Part shown: piece after piece, positions 46,618 to 55,413 of the stretch
Numbering within the stretch: the stretch's first letter is position 1
Layout of the letters: each line of letters begins with the position of its first letter
Assembly: GCA_021778015.1 (NCBI GenBank)
Contig: JAJYCX010000002.1
Coordinates: 47,407 to 111,406, forward strand
DNA length: 64,000 nt
Source: Pseudomonadota bacterium
GTDB lineage: Bacteria > Pseudomonadota > Gammaproteobacteria > UBA1113
Direction of reading: 5' to 3'
The notes under the pieces: model-generated
Database searches by the model: none
Told to the model about the DNA's origin: nothing
What the model saw: the letters and a program-made list of their open reading frames with translations, nothing else
Program-made: the position numbers and the translations under genes

Positions 46618-47157
46618 CTATTTTTCTCGCAAAGCATTTTCAATCCAATGCAACGCTTCCTGCAACCAAGCGGTGTATTGTTCTGGATTTTTTTGTAAGG
46701 CTATTTTCAATTCATTTAAATCACACCAACGATAATTTACAATTTCTTCGGCGTTAGGTTGAATCATAGTCGGTTTACCATAGCCAATTAAAACATGATC
46801 CATTTCATTTTCTATTAGTTTTTCCTTAAGGTGCGCAATATAATGAAATACGCCCACTGGTTGTAATGGCATGGTAAAACCAAATTCTTCTTGTAACCTA
46901 CGTTCTGCGGCAGGGATAATGTCTTCTCCTGGGTGAGGATGACTACAGCACGTATTGGTCCATAAGCCTTGCGAATGGTATTTATTCCAAGCACGTTGTT
47001 GTAATAAAATTTCCCAGCCCTGGGTTGTACGATTAACAATAAAGACAGAAAAAGCGCGATGGCGTAAACCTTCAATATGTGCGGACATCTTATCGGCAGT
47101 ACCAATGGCTTTGTCATTTTCATCTACTAAAATGACTTGAGATAAAATGGGTATCAA
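46618..47157 (-). CDS. idi: Isopentenyl-diphosphate delta-isomerase, type 1 (Nudix)
   Basis: WTNTCCSHP active-site motif and a Glu-rich Nudix region. Confidence 0.9.
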   Translation of the reverse strand: MIPILSQVILVDENDKAIGTADKMSAHIEGLRHRAFSVFIVNRTTQGWEILLQQRAWNKYHSQGLWTNTCCSHPHPGEDIIPAAERRLQEEFGFTMPLQPVGVFHYIAHLKEKLIENEMDHVLIGYGKPTMIQPNAEEIVNYRWCDLNELKIALQKNPEQYTAWLQEALHWIENALREK

Positions 47158-47243
47158 AATGACCTCTTATGGAATTTTAAAGTGCATTAAGGCTAACATA
47201 GCCCAAAGCGAATATCAATTTGTGCTTCTTTAAACTTTTTTGC

Positions 47244-48026
47244 CTATAGAAGATCACAACCCCTTCTGCTCGCTACGAGCTCTTGGTAGGCTGTGGTTAA
47301 TAACGCGATTTGTTCATAAATAGCGTCAAATAGAGGCTGCAGCGTAGTCAAGTCCGTGCTAGCATCGACTTCAGAATATAAAAGTGCAATATGTCTTTGT
47401 AAGCGTGGCACACCGCTATATTCTAAGCCCCCTTTGATTTTATGCAACATTTCGCGTACACCTTCGATATTATTGTTCACCTGTAATCGCTTGAGTTCAA
47501 CGATATCCTCTTCTAAAGACTCAATTAACATGCCAATTGCAATTACGGCTTTTTCATCGTTGTCAGCGCTGATGCGTTTCATTCCCAGCTTTAAATCTAT
47601 AATCGCTAAATCGGCAGGCGCTAATTCGTCATGATTTAAAGAGCAGCGTTCTAAATATAAATACGCTCGCGCTAAACTCAATGGCTTCGTGGTCACATCC
47701 ATAAAACCGCTGTCCAATATGGTTTGGTGCTTCTTTTTATCTTGATGGGCTGTTAACGCCACGAAAGGAGTTGTCTTATTTTTAGACTTAGCGTCGGAGT
47801 AAGCACTCCGAATAATATCCATGCCCGTACCATCAGGTAGGTTAATGTCTGAGATAACCAAATCATAGGCTGTGGTATTGAGTCGTTCATTCGCTTCTTC
47901 TACGTCTCTCGCCATATCGACCATCGCCGTTAGGCGAGACAGTATTTCGGAAGCAACAAACAAGGAGACATTATCGTCTTCGATCAATAAGATACGGTGT
48001 TGAAAAGGTAGGTCTAGTGATGCCAT
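47244..48026 (-). CDS. Response-regulator receiver fused to an HPt domain
   Basis: REC motifs LIEDD, VISDINLPDG, ALTAH and KPL. The C-terminal HPt signature is LHKIKGG. Confidence 0.75.
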   Translation of the reverse strand: MASLDLPFQHRILLIEDDNVSLFVASEILSRLTAMVDMARDVEEANERLNTTAYDLVISDINLPDGTGMDIIRSAYSDAKSKNKTTPFVALTAHQDKKKHQTILDSGFMDVTTKPLSLARAYLYLERCSLNHDELAPADLAIIDLKLGMKRISADNDEKAVIAIGMLIESLEEDIVELKRLQVNNNIEGVREMLHKIKGGLEYSGVPRLQRHIALLYSEVDASTDLTTLQPLFDAIYEQIALLTTAYQELVASRRGCDLL

Positions 48027-48243
48027 AAAGTGTCTTCGCCCATTTAATGTGTCAAAAATATATCATTATCCCGCTCTTGCTCGCAAAGTATAGACCACTT
48101 TTTACAAAACAGGAGTCCTACAAAGATATTGTTTATGGCCAATAAATGATCAACATTTACTTTTTAGCTAACCTTCTCGTAGCCAATAAAAAGTGATAGA
48201 ATTATGCCTTCTTTTTTAACAATTTCTTGTATTTGGAGAAGGT

Positions 48244-49305
48244 ATGGAACAAAGCACTGCACAGGTTCCTATGCACACTATAGGACCCGTTAAACTAATA
48301 GGGCCAGTGGTAGACGATGAGGTCATGGTCCCTTTGGCCACATATGAACTGCCTTTGTGGCCATCGACGAACCGTGGTGCTAAATTATCGCGCCAATGTG
48401 GTGGTATTTTGACCACTATCATTGACGAGCGCATGACCCGATCCATTCTATTAGAAGCGCCTAATGCAGCGCGCTGCCATGAAGTAAGTCAGGCCGTTAA
48501 AATGCGTCAACCCGAGTTGCAATTGCAAGTGGCGCGCAGCAGCCGCTTTGCCAAACTCATCGATAGCCATACGCAAATCGTCGGCAATCTGTTGTATTTA
48601 CGTTTAGAGTTCTCCACCGGCGATGCCGCTGGCCATAACATGGTGACTCAAGCCGCCGATGAAATTATGGCATGGTTATTAGCTCAATATTCGTTTTTAC
48701 GTTATGTTTCCATTTCCGGAAATTACTGCACTGATAAAAAAGCCACTGCAGTCAATGGTATTCTAGGCCGCGGCCGTTATGTGGTCGCTGAATTATTAAT
48801 ACCGCGCGATATTTGTTTAGCGACCTTAAAAACGACGCCCGAAAAAATTGTGGACCTCAATATAAAAAAGAATTTACTAGGAACTTTACTAGCGGGCGGC
48901 ATACGTTCTGCCAATGCCCATTTTGCTAATTTGCTTTTTGCGTTTTATCTGGCGCTAGGTCAAGATGTGGCAAACATAGTCGAAGGTTCGCAAGGCATGG
49001 TTTTTGCCGAAGTGCGCAATGATGCACTTTACTTCTCGGTGACATTGCCCAATATTATTGTAGGCACAGTGGGCAATGGCAAACAATATCCTTTCGTACA
49101 AAAGAATTTAGAATTATTAGGTTGTAATAAACCCCGCCCTATAGGGGATAATACGCGACGTTTGGCCGCTATTATCGCGGCAACCGTTTTATGCGGCGAA
49201 ATTTCCTTATTGGCTTCACAAACCAATCCGGGTGAATTGATGCGTGCGCACACTACTTTCGAACGCCACGCGCAGGATACACCAGAACTCGCCACAACGC
49301 CATGA
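48244..49305 (+). CDS. Hydroxymethylglutaryl-CoA reductase (class I-like, short form)
   Basis: STNRG, STGDAAGHNM, CTDKKATAVN and LGQDVANIVE motifs. Confidence 0.85.
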   Translation: MEQSTAQVPMHTIGPVKLIGPVVDDEVMVPLATYELPLWPSTNRGAKLSRQCGGILTTIIDERMTRSILLEAPNAARCHEVSQAVKMRQPELQLQVARSSRFAKLIDSHTQIVGNLLYLRLEFSTGDAAGHNMVTQAADEIMAWLLAQYSFLRYVSISGNYCTDKKATAVNGILGRGRYVVAELLIPRDICLATLKTTPEKIVDLNIKKNLLGTLLAGGIRSANAHFANLLFAFYLALGQDVANIVEGSQGMVFAEVRNDALYFSVTLPNIIVGTVGNGKQYPFVQKNLELLGCNKPRPIGDNTRRLAAIIAATVLCGEISLLASQTNPGELMRAHTTFERHAQDTPELATTP

Positions 49306-50312
49306 AGACCGCTATTGCTCCAGGCAAAATTATTTTATCGGGCGAACATGCCGTCGTCTGTGGCCAACCCGCTTTGGCCGTAGCCGTAAATCGCTATGCC
49401 AGAGCATCGGTAATTCATCACAGTGCTCCGGCTACGGTGGTATTCGATTTATTAAATTTAAAGCACCATAAAGATACTACGGTCAAAGCCTTACGCCGAC
49501 TAAAATCCAGATTATCTGCAGATTATCATCTATTCTTACGCGGCGAGCGCGGTATTAAAGATGTATTGAAATTGCCGCACGAATTATCGCATTTTGCTTT
49601 AAGTAATTTCCTAGAGCGCTTCAATCGTTTCTCCGATGATGGTATACATCTAAAAACAGAATCGACTATTCCCATGGGTTGCGGTATGGGGTCATCCGCC
49701 GCAATGATCTTGGCCGTTAAATTTGCTTTAGCGCATCATTTTAAAGAAGACATCGATAAAGAACATTTGTTTCAACTGGCTTTGGAAGCTGAAAATCTAC
49801 AACATGGCTATTCTAGCGGTTTAGATCTACGCGTTTCGTTACAAGGTGGCGCTCTAGAATATCATAATGGACAATTTAATCCGTTAGTAATGCCCGAATG
49901 GCCTTTGTATAGTGTCAACACTGGCAGTCCAAACAGCTCTACCGGAGAATGTGTCACGCATACCCAGAAATTATTTGAAACAACGACTCTCGCTGCAGAA
50001 ATAGGTGCCGTTACAATAGCCATTAAAACTGCTTTAGAACAAAGTAATTTTAATGACTTTCAAATCGCACTACGCGCCAATCACCAATTGTTAGTCGCTT
50101 TGGGCGTAGTGCCTACACCGGTACAAACATTTATACGCCACTTAGAAAGCAATGGTTTAGCCGCAAAAATTTGTGGCGCGGGCAGTATTAACGGCGATAA
50201 AGCAGGAATCGTGTTGATCGCCAGTCTAGAAGATCCCACACCGTTGAGCCAAAAATTTGGTTATACTGTAGAAAGGGTCATAGGAGATACTCATGGCCTG
50301 CGATTGGATTAA
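49302..50312 (+). CDS. mvk: Mevalonate kinase (GHMP family)
   Basis: APGKIILSGEHAVV and PMGCGMGSSAA motifs. There is an ATGA overlap with the HMGR stop. Confidence 0.75.
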   Translation: MKTAIAPGKIILSGEHAVVCGQPALAVAVNRYARASVIHHSAPATVVFDLLNLKHHKDTTVKALRRLKSRLSADYHLFLRGERGIKDVLKLPHELSHFALSNFLERFNRFSDDGIHLKTESTIPMGCGMGSSAAMILAVKFALAHHFKEDIDKEHLFQLALEAENLQHGYSSGLDLRVSLQGGALEYHNGQFNPLVMPEWPLYSVNTGSPNSSTGECVTHTQKLFETTTLAAEIGAVTIAIKTALEQSNFNDFQIALRANHQLLVALGVVPTPVQTFIRHLESNGLAAKICGAGSINGDKAGIVLIASLEDPTPLSQKFGYTVERVIGDTHGLRLD

Positions 50313-51243
50313 AGTACGCGCGCCAGGCAGTGTTATGCTCTTTGGCGAACATGCGGTGTTAGCGGGCGAACCCGCAATAGTCGCTGCACTAGATCAGTAT
50401 ATTACCGTCACTTTGGAAAAACGTGCCGATGATGTGGTTGAAATCACTTCCAATACCTTTGCTCCTTATACCACGCATTTAAAAGAATTAACGATAACTA
50501 AACCATATACTTTTGTTTTAGCCTGTTTAATACAGCAAAACCCAAAAATAACACAAGGCCTAACAATACGCATTGATTCTAGTATAGATCCAACTTTAGG
50601 CCTGGGCAGCTCGGCCGCAGTCACCGTTGCTCTGTTGAGTGCTTTAGATAAGCTTTTTCAGATTAAAATGGATATTTGGCTGAATGCCAGAGAACTGATC
50701 CGTAACCTACAAGGCCGTGGCTCCGGCATGGATGCGCTAGCAAGCTTACACGGTGGCGTATTGTATTATACGCCCAAAACAGAAAAAACTTTGGCTTTAG
50801 CGCCACGTTCAGATCTACATTTATTATATTGTGGCTATAAAACGGCAACTTCTACGGTATTACAACAAGTACAGGATACCTTCCGCAACGCCGAGGATGT
50901 ATTAAACTCTATTTATCGCGCAATAGGAGAAACCGTACAATTAGCTTGTAACGCTTGGCAATGCGACGATAAAGCTTTATTAGCACACTGCATGGAGATA
51001 CATCAAGGTTTACAACATGCTTTACAAGTCAGTGATGCACAATGCGATCACCTAAGGCATTGGTTAAAAGAACGCGTCGCCGTAGAAGCGGTGAAGATCT
51101 CCGGATCGGGCCTAGGAGATTGTTTATTAGCCTTAGGTGGCAAGTGGCAAGATATTCACAATGAAGAAATAACAGCGTTGCATCCTAAGGCGCGCTACAT
51201 ACCCTTAACGATCAGCACCATGGGGGTGAGTTTTGTACAGTAA
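50293..51243 (+). CDS. Phosphomevalonate kinase (GHMP family). Assignment relative to the preceding kinase rests on gene order.
   Basis: APGSVMLFGEHAVL and LGLGSSAAV motifs. It overlaps the upstream gene by 20 nt. Confidence 0.6.
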   Translation: MACDWIKVRAPGSVMLFGEHAVLAGEPAIVAALDQYITVTLEKRADDVVEITSNTFAPYTTHLKELTITKPYTFVLACLIQQNPKITQGLTIRIDSSIDPTLGLGSSAAVTVALLSALDKLFQIKMDIWLNARELIRNLQGRGSGMDALASLHGGVLYYTPKTEKTLALAPRSDLHLLYCGYKTATSTVLQQVQDTFRNAEDVLNSIYRAIGETVQLACNAWQCDDKALLAHCMEIHQGLQHALQVSDAQCDHLRHWLKERVAVEAVKISGSGLGDCLLALGGKWQDIHNEEITALHPKARYIPLTISTMGVSFVQ

Positions 51244-52231
51244 AGAGCAGATCATCGCTAAAATCTTGTCTGAGAAATCAAACGTCATACAACAAGAAAA
51301 AGGTTCTGTTTATGCTCCCGCCAATATTGCTTTATGTAAATATTGGGGTAAAAGAGACAGCACATTAAATTTACCAATGACGCCTAGCTTGTCCATTAGC
51401 CTGGCACAAAAAGGCAGTCATTTTGCTTTTGAAGTTTTGGATGAAGAAAAAGATTATATAAAATTGAATGGCCAGGCTATAGATGAACAACATGACTTTT
51501 ATCAACGCTTATTCTCTTTTATCAACTTGTTTCGCCAGAATAATGAACCTCGTTTAAATATTGATATTATCAGCACGGTTCCCATCGCAGCCGGACTAGC
51601 TTCATCGGCCAGTGGATTTGCTTCAGTGGTCAAAGGTCTAAATATATTATATGGCTGGCAATTAAGTTGCAGTGCGTTATCTGTACTGGCGCGTTTAGGC
51701 AGTGGCAGCGCTTGTAGATCATTATGGGATGGCTTTGTAGAATGGCAACATGGTTCACGCGATGATGGCATGGATAGTTTAGGGGTGCCATTAAATATTG
51801 TTTGGCCACAATTGCGTATAGGGTTATTGTTAGCATCTAGTGACAAAAAAAGTATATCGTCACGAGAGGCGATGGCCATTACCAAACAAACATCCCCTCT
51901 TTATACCCTATGGCCAGAACAAGTCGCAACCGATCTGGCTATGATAAAAAGTGCTTTGGCTGAAAAAGATTTTATAGCTTTAGGAGAAGCCAGTGAACGC
52001 AATGCGATCGCTATGCATGCTACCATGTTAAAAGCAACGCCTGTGATTTCCTATAGCACTGCGAAAACAGCCGCGTGGATGCAACAAGTATGGCAATTAC
52101 GTCAGGATAATCTGCCTGTTTATTTCACTCAAGATGCAGGGCCTAATTTAAAATTGCTGTTTTTAGAAGAAGATACTGCTGACATTTTGCAGCTGTTTCC
52201 AAATATAGAAATTGTTCAACCTTTTTCATGA
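51233..52231 (+). CDS. mvaD: Diphosphomevalonate decarboxylase
   Basis: APANIALCKYWGKRD and AAGLASSASGFAS motifs. The track start is a TTG that overlaps the upstream gene by 11 nt. Confidence 0.88.
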   Translation: MYSKEQIIAKILSEKSNVIQQEKGSVYAPANIALCKYWGKRDSTLNLPMTPSLSISLAQKGSHFAFEVLDEEKDYIKLNGQAIDEQHDFYQRLFSFINLFRQNNEPRLNIDIISTVPIAAGLASSASGFASVVKGLNILYGWQLSCSALSVLARLGSGSACRSLWDGFVEWQHGSRDDGMDSLGVPLNIVWPQLRIGLLLASSDKKSISSREAMAITKQTSPLYTLWPEQVATDLAMIKSALAEKDFIALGEASERNAIAMHATMLKATPVISYSTAKTAAWMQQVWQLRQDNLPVYFTQDAGPNLKLLFLEEDTADILQLFPNIEIVQPFS

Positions 52232-52481
52232 AAATCACCTCTTGTTGAGCCCTCAGAAAATAACTTCTTCCCTTAATAATTCCTTAATTTATCTTTCTAA
52301 AATGCTTATTACAATGGGTTTACATCTCAGTAGATGTAGATACTAAGGTAAGAAGCTTTGGTATAAATGAGGGAATGGAAGCATCTTTTTCGCTATTTGG
52401 TCAACTATTGTGAGCATATCACTTTATTATGATGTTTTTGCAGGTGACGCCAAATAGTAAATTTTAATCAGGAGTTCCACT

Positions 52482-52562
52482 ATGAGCTTAATTCAGATGG
52501 CTAAAAATTTAGAAAATATACAACAAAGTTTTATGGGTACAAATACAGCCTATTATTTCTAA
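52482..52562 (+). CDS. Candidate small ORF (26 aa, MSLIQMAKNLENIQQSFMGTNTAYYF)
   Basis: An AGGAG SD lies 7 nt upstream of the ATG. It is below the ORF-track size threshold and is followed by a strong hairpin. Confidence 0.3.
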   Translation: MSLIQMAKNLENIQQSFMGTNTAYYF

Positions 52563-52580
52563 TTTTTAATTACTAACGCT

Positions 52581-52616
52581 TAACTCCGATGAATATCAAC
52601 GTATTCATCGGAGTTA
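52581..52616 (+). terminator. 15-bp perfect hairpin between the small ORF and the downstream gene (attenuator/terminator candidate)
   Basis: TAACTCCGATGAATA-TCAACG-TATTCATCGGAGTTA. The downstream U-tract is weak (TCATTT). Confidence 0.4.
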
Positions 52617-52636
52617 TCATTTAAAGGAACACAGCC

Positions 52637-53587
52637 ATGAAAAACATTAATAAACAGTCTATTATGAATTTTTTAAGTTACTTAAAACACCATCAATCTA
52701 AATCTGTTCTTTGCTATTATGAACCATTCTATAAAGACCTATCTAAAGAAATTCAGACAATCGCTCTAGAAAATAAGATTGACCTTTCCTGTTTTGAGAT
52801 ATCAGACCTATCTATAGCAGACTTTACTAATAACTTCTCTGACAACAGATTCTATATTTTTTTCTATGATACCTCGTCAAGATCATATCCAGCTCCGCAG
52901 TGTTTAAATACTTTAAGGGAAGAGTTTAGAAAGTTAAAACAATGTACAAACATTATTAGAGCGGTTAATATTAATGACTATTTTAGCGAAATATTTGTTT
53001 CACCATCTGAATATATTTACAATTTAAATAAATCTCTAATTGACCTTGGTAAAAAAAGTAAAATCATGCATATTACAGACAATAATGGCTCTTCACTGGA
53101 AATAGAACTTGATCCAAATAAATGGGATAATGTTGATGGCAGTTTGGAGATTGCAGATTTCATACCCAGTGAAATAGCGAATGGGCCAAGAAATGTAAAT
53201 GGCGTTATTTATTTTACAGGGGGATTTCTAAGTCAAATACCTTTGGCAAAAAAATATGGGTTGGTCACTGAGCCGCTTAAATTAACAGTGAAAGATCGTA
53301 AAATAATTGATGTTGATACAAAAAACAGTGAATTAAAAAAGGATATTTTAGAAATTTTACAGGATAACCCTGGTAATGCAATATTAGAAGAAGCGGGTAT
53401 AGGAACTAACTCAGGAGTAAAACTTCGTGGGCTTGGTTTGCCGTTTGAAGAACGGCATTGTGGTTTTCATGCCGGATTTGGCGGGTTAGTGAAAAATAGT
53501 TTCCACTGGGATATCATTTTTGGGCAGAGTAAAATTAGTTTTGATAATAAACTAATTTTTGATAGTAGTAAAGGGTTCTTAATTTAA
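52637..53587 (+). CDS. Hypothetical protein, M29 aminopeptidase (AmpS/PepS)-like C-terminal motifs
   Basis: EEAGIGTNSG...FEERHCGFHAGFGG...SFHWDIIF resembles the M29 metal-site pattern E.GIG.N...DE...G.H.A.G...H.D. The gene is AT-rich. Confidence 0.4.
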   Translation: MKNINKQSIMNFLSYLKHHQSKSVLCYYEPFYKDLSKEIQTIALENKIDLSCFEISDLSIADFTNNFSDNRFYIFFYDTSSRSYPAPQCLNTLREEFRKLKQCTNIIRAVNINDYFSEIFVSPSEYIYNLNKSLIDLGKKSKIMHITDNNGSSLEIELDPNKWDNVDGSLEIADFIPSEIANGPRNVNGVIYFTGGFLSQIPLAKKYGLVTEPLKLTVKDRKIIDVDTKNSELKKDILEILQDNPGNAILEEAGIGTNSGVKLRGLGLPFEERHCGFHAGFGGLVKNSFHWDIIFGQSKISFDNKLIFDSSKGFLI

Positions 53588-53764
53588 CCTCGAAAGATTC
53601 ATCCGTTGTTGAATTAATAAGGTTACGAAAGGTCTTTACAAGTTAATCCATCATTCCGCGCAAAACACAATAATCATGGCGAAAACTCGCCATGACTGGG
53701 GCCGACTAACAATGAATTATAATAATCAGCCCTGGATATTACCGAACCAAGAAATTACAATTTA

Positions 53765-55258
53765 CTAACTGCGCCGCGTGTTTAACCGCCAACTAAGCAT
53801 ACTCAACAGTGCGATGAATAATAACGCAGACAAAGACCACATTACCGCAGCGAATCCTTGTAAAAAAGCAAGGTTAAACACCGCATGCAACACAAATGAA
53901 ATGTGTCCTTGTAATAGATCAGCAGGGCTACTTATAAACTGCTTAATTTTTTCAATACTGTCCGCACCGAGACTGCCTATTTGCTGTTTCAAAGCACGGG
54001 TAGCGCCAGCATGATAAATCGCGATCGCCACAGCCAATCCTATAGAGCCACCAATATTAAATAACGTCACTATCGTCCCGGTAGCGACACTTTTACGTTC
54101 AGGACTTACTGCCATTTGTGCAGCAATAATAGAAGCTGTATTTCCTATCGCCCACATAACCCCTAAACCTATGAAAGCAATGATGACATAGATCAAAGAA
54201 ATGGTTTCTGAAAAAACCGCATGTAAAACACAAGCGATAATGCCACAGGGCAGCCCTAGGATAAGCGTATTAACGACACCTATTTTATGAATGAGCCAAC
54301 TCACAAAAATAGCAACACATAATACCGTCGCTGGAATTGTAAATAACATTAGGCCGGAGAGTTGTACTGACTCTCCTCGTATAATTTGCAAAAACAGAGG
54401 GTCAAAAAATAACACCACGGCACTCAATACGCCCGATAAAAATATCAGCACAGAGCCTGAATAAAACATGAGATTTTTAAAGTCATTAAAGTCTATTACT
54501 GGATTCTCAGTGTTTTTTTCCACCTTGAATAAAACTACGCCTGCCAAAATACCGATCAAAAGATAGCTTAAAGTAATGGCATTCGCCCAGCCCGCAGAGG
54601 CACTGTGTAACAAGCTCATAACGATGCCACCCATGGTCACAGCTAACGCCAACATACCTTTATAATCTAATTTCAGTTTATCGCTAAATGTGGTAGATTC
54701 TTTGACTGAACCTATACAGAATAAAAAACCCAATACAATAATGGGAATATTAATGAAAAAGATCCAACGCCAACCATAATGACTGACAATCAGCCCACCT
54801 AAAACGGGGCCCAAAGCTAAGGAAACGCCACCCAAACTACCAAACCAAGCGATGGCTTTGCTGCGTTCATTTTCAGGAAAAGCTTCAGGCAATAAAGAAG
54901 GCCCTAAGGGAAAGACTATGGCAGCGCCTACGCCTTGCAACAAACGACCTAGAATCAGCCAATGCATATTAGAAGCAAATCCAGCTAATAAAGAAGCCAC
55001 TGCAAAGATCAATACGCCTAAGAAAAACATGCGTCGTCGTCCGTATAAATCACCACATTGCCCCATGATAGTGGCTAAGATGCACAGCGCTAAAAAGTAG
55101 ATATTCATGACCCATTGCAGTTGCGTTAAATCCGCTTGCAATTCCCGCTGTATCGTTGGTAATGCAATATTGACGACGGTATAGTCCAGATAGCAGCCAA
55201 AGGAAAGTAACACAATCCCAATAAAGGCTGGCCATTTACGCGCATAAGAGTTTGACAT
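53765..55258 (-). CDS. MFS transporter, DHA2 family (14 TM)
   Basis: 497 aa with GDLYGRRRMF-type motif A and 14 predicted helices. Confidence 0.8.
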   Translation of the reverse strand: MSNSYARKWPAFIGIVLLSFGCYLDYTVVNIALPTIQRELQADLTQLQWVMNIYFLALCILATIMGQCGDLYGRRRMFFLGVLIFAVASLLAGFASNMHWLILGRLLQGVGAAIVFPLGPSLLPEAFPENERSKAIAWFGSLGGVSLALGPVLGGLIVSHYGWRWIFFINIPIIVLGFLFCIGSVKESTTFSDKLKLDYKGMLALAVTMGGIVMSLLHSASAGWANAITLSYLLIGILAGVVLFKVEKNTENPVIDFNDFKNLMFYSGSVLIFLSGVLSAVVLFFDPLFLQIIRGESVQLSGLMLFTIPATVLCVAIFVSWLIHKIGVVNTLILGLPCGIIACVLHAVFSETISLIYVIIAFIGLGVMWAIGNTASIIAAQMAVSPERKSVATGTIVTLFNIGGSIGLAVAIAIYHAGATRALKQQIGSLGADSIEKIKQFISSPADLLQGHISFVLHAVFNLAFLQGFAAVMWSLSALLFIALLSMLSWRLNTRRS

Positions 55259-55347
55259 AGTTAAAGCCTCTTCATATTTTGATTATACTTTATCATAGTT
55301 ATGCTTTTATACAAGTACGCACAATATTGTGCGCTAGTATGGTTTTG

Positions 55348-55413
55348 TATACTCTTCGCATTTGATTCTTAGGCTTTGTTGCCTTCGCCTAAAAACCAAT
55401 TGCTATGAGTATA
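55348..55413 (+). repeat. Family-3 element, 66-nt short form
   Basis: TATACTCTTCGCATTTGATTCTTAGGCTTTGTTGCCTTCGCCTAAAAACCAATTGCTATGAGTATA. It overlaps the 3' end of the hydrolase CDS. Confidence 0.9.
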
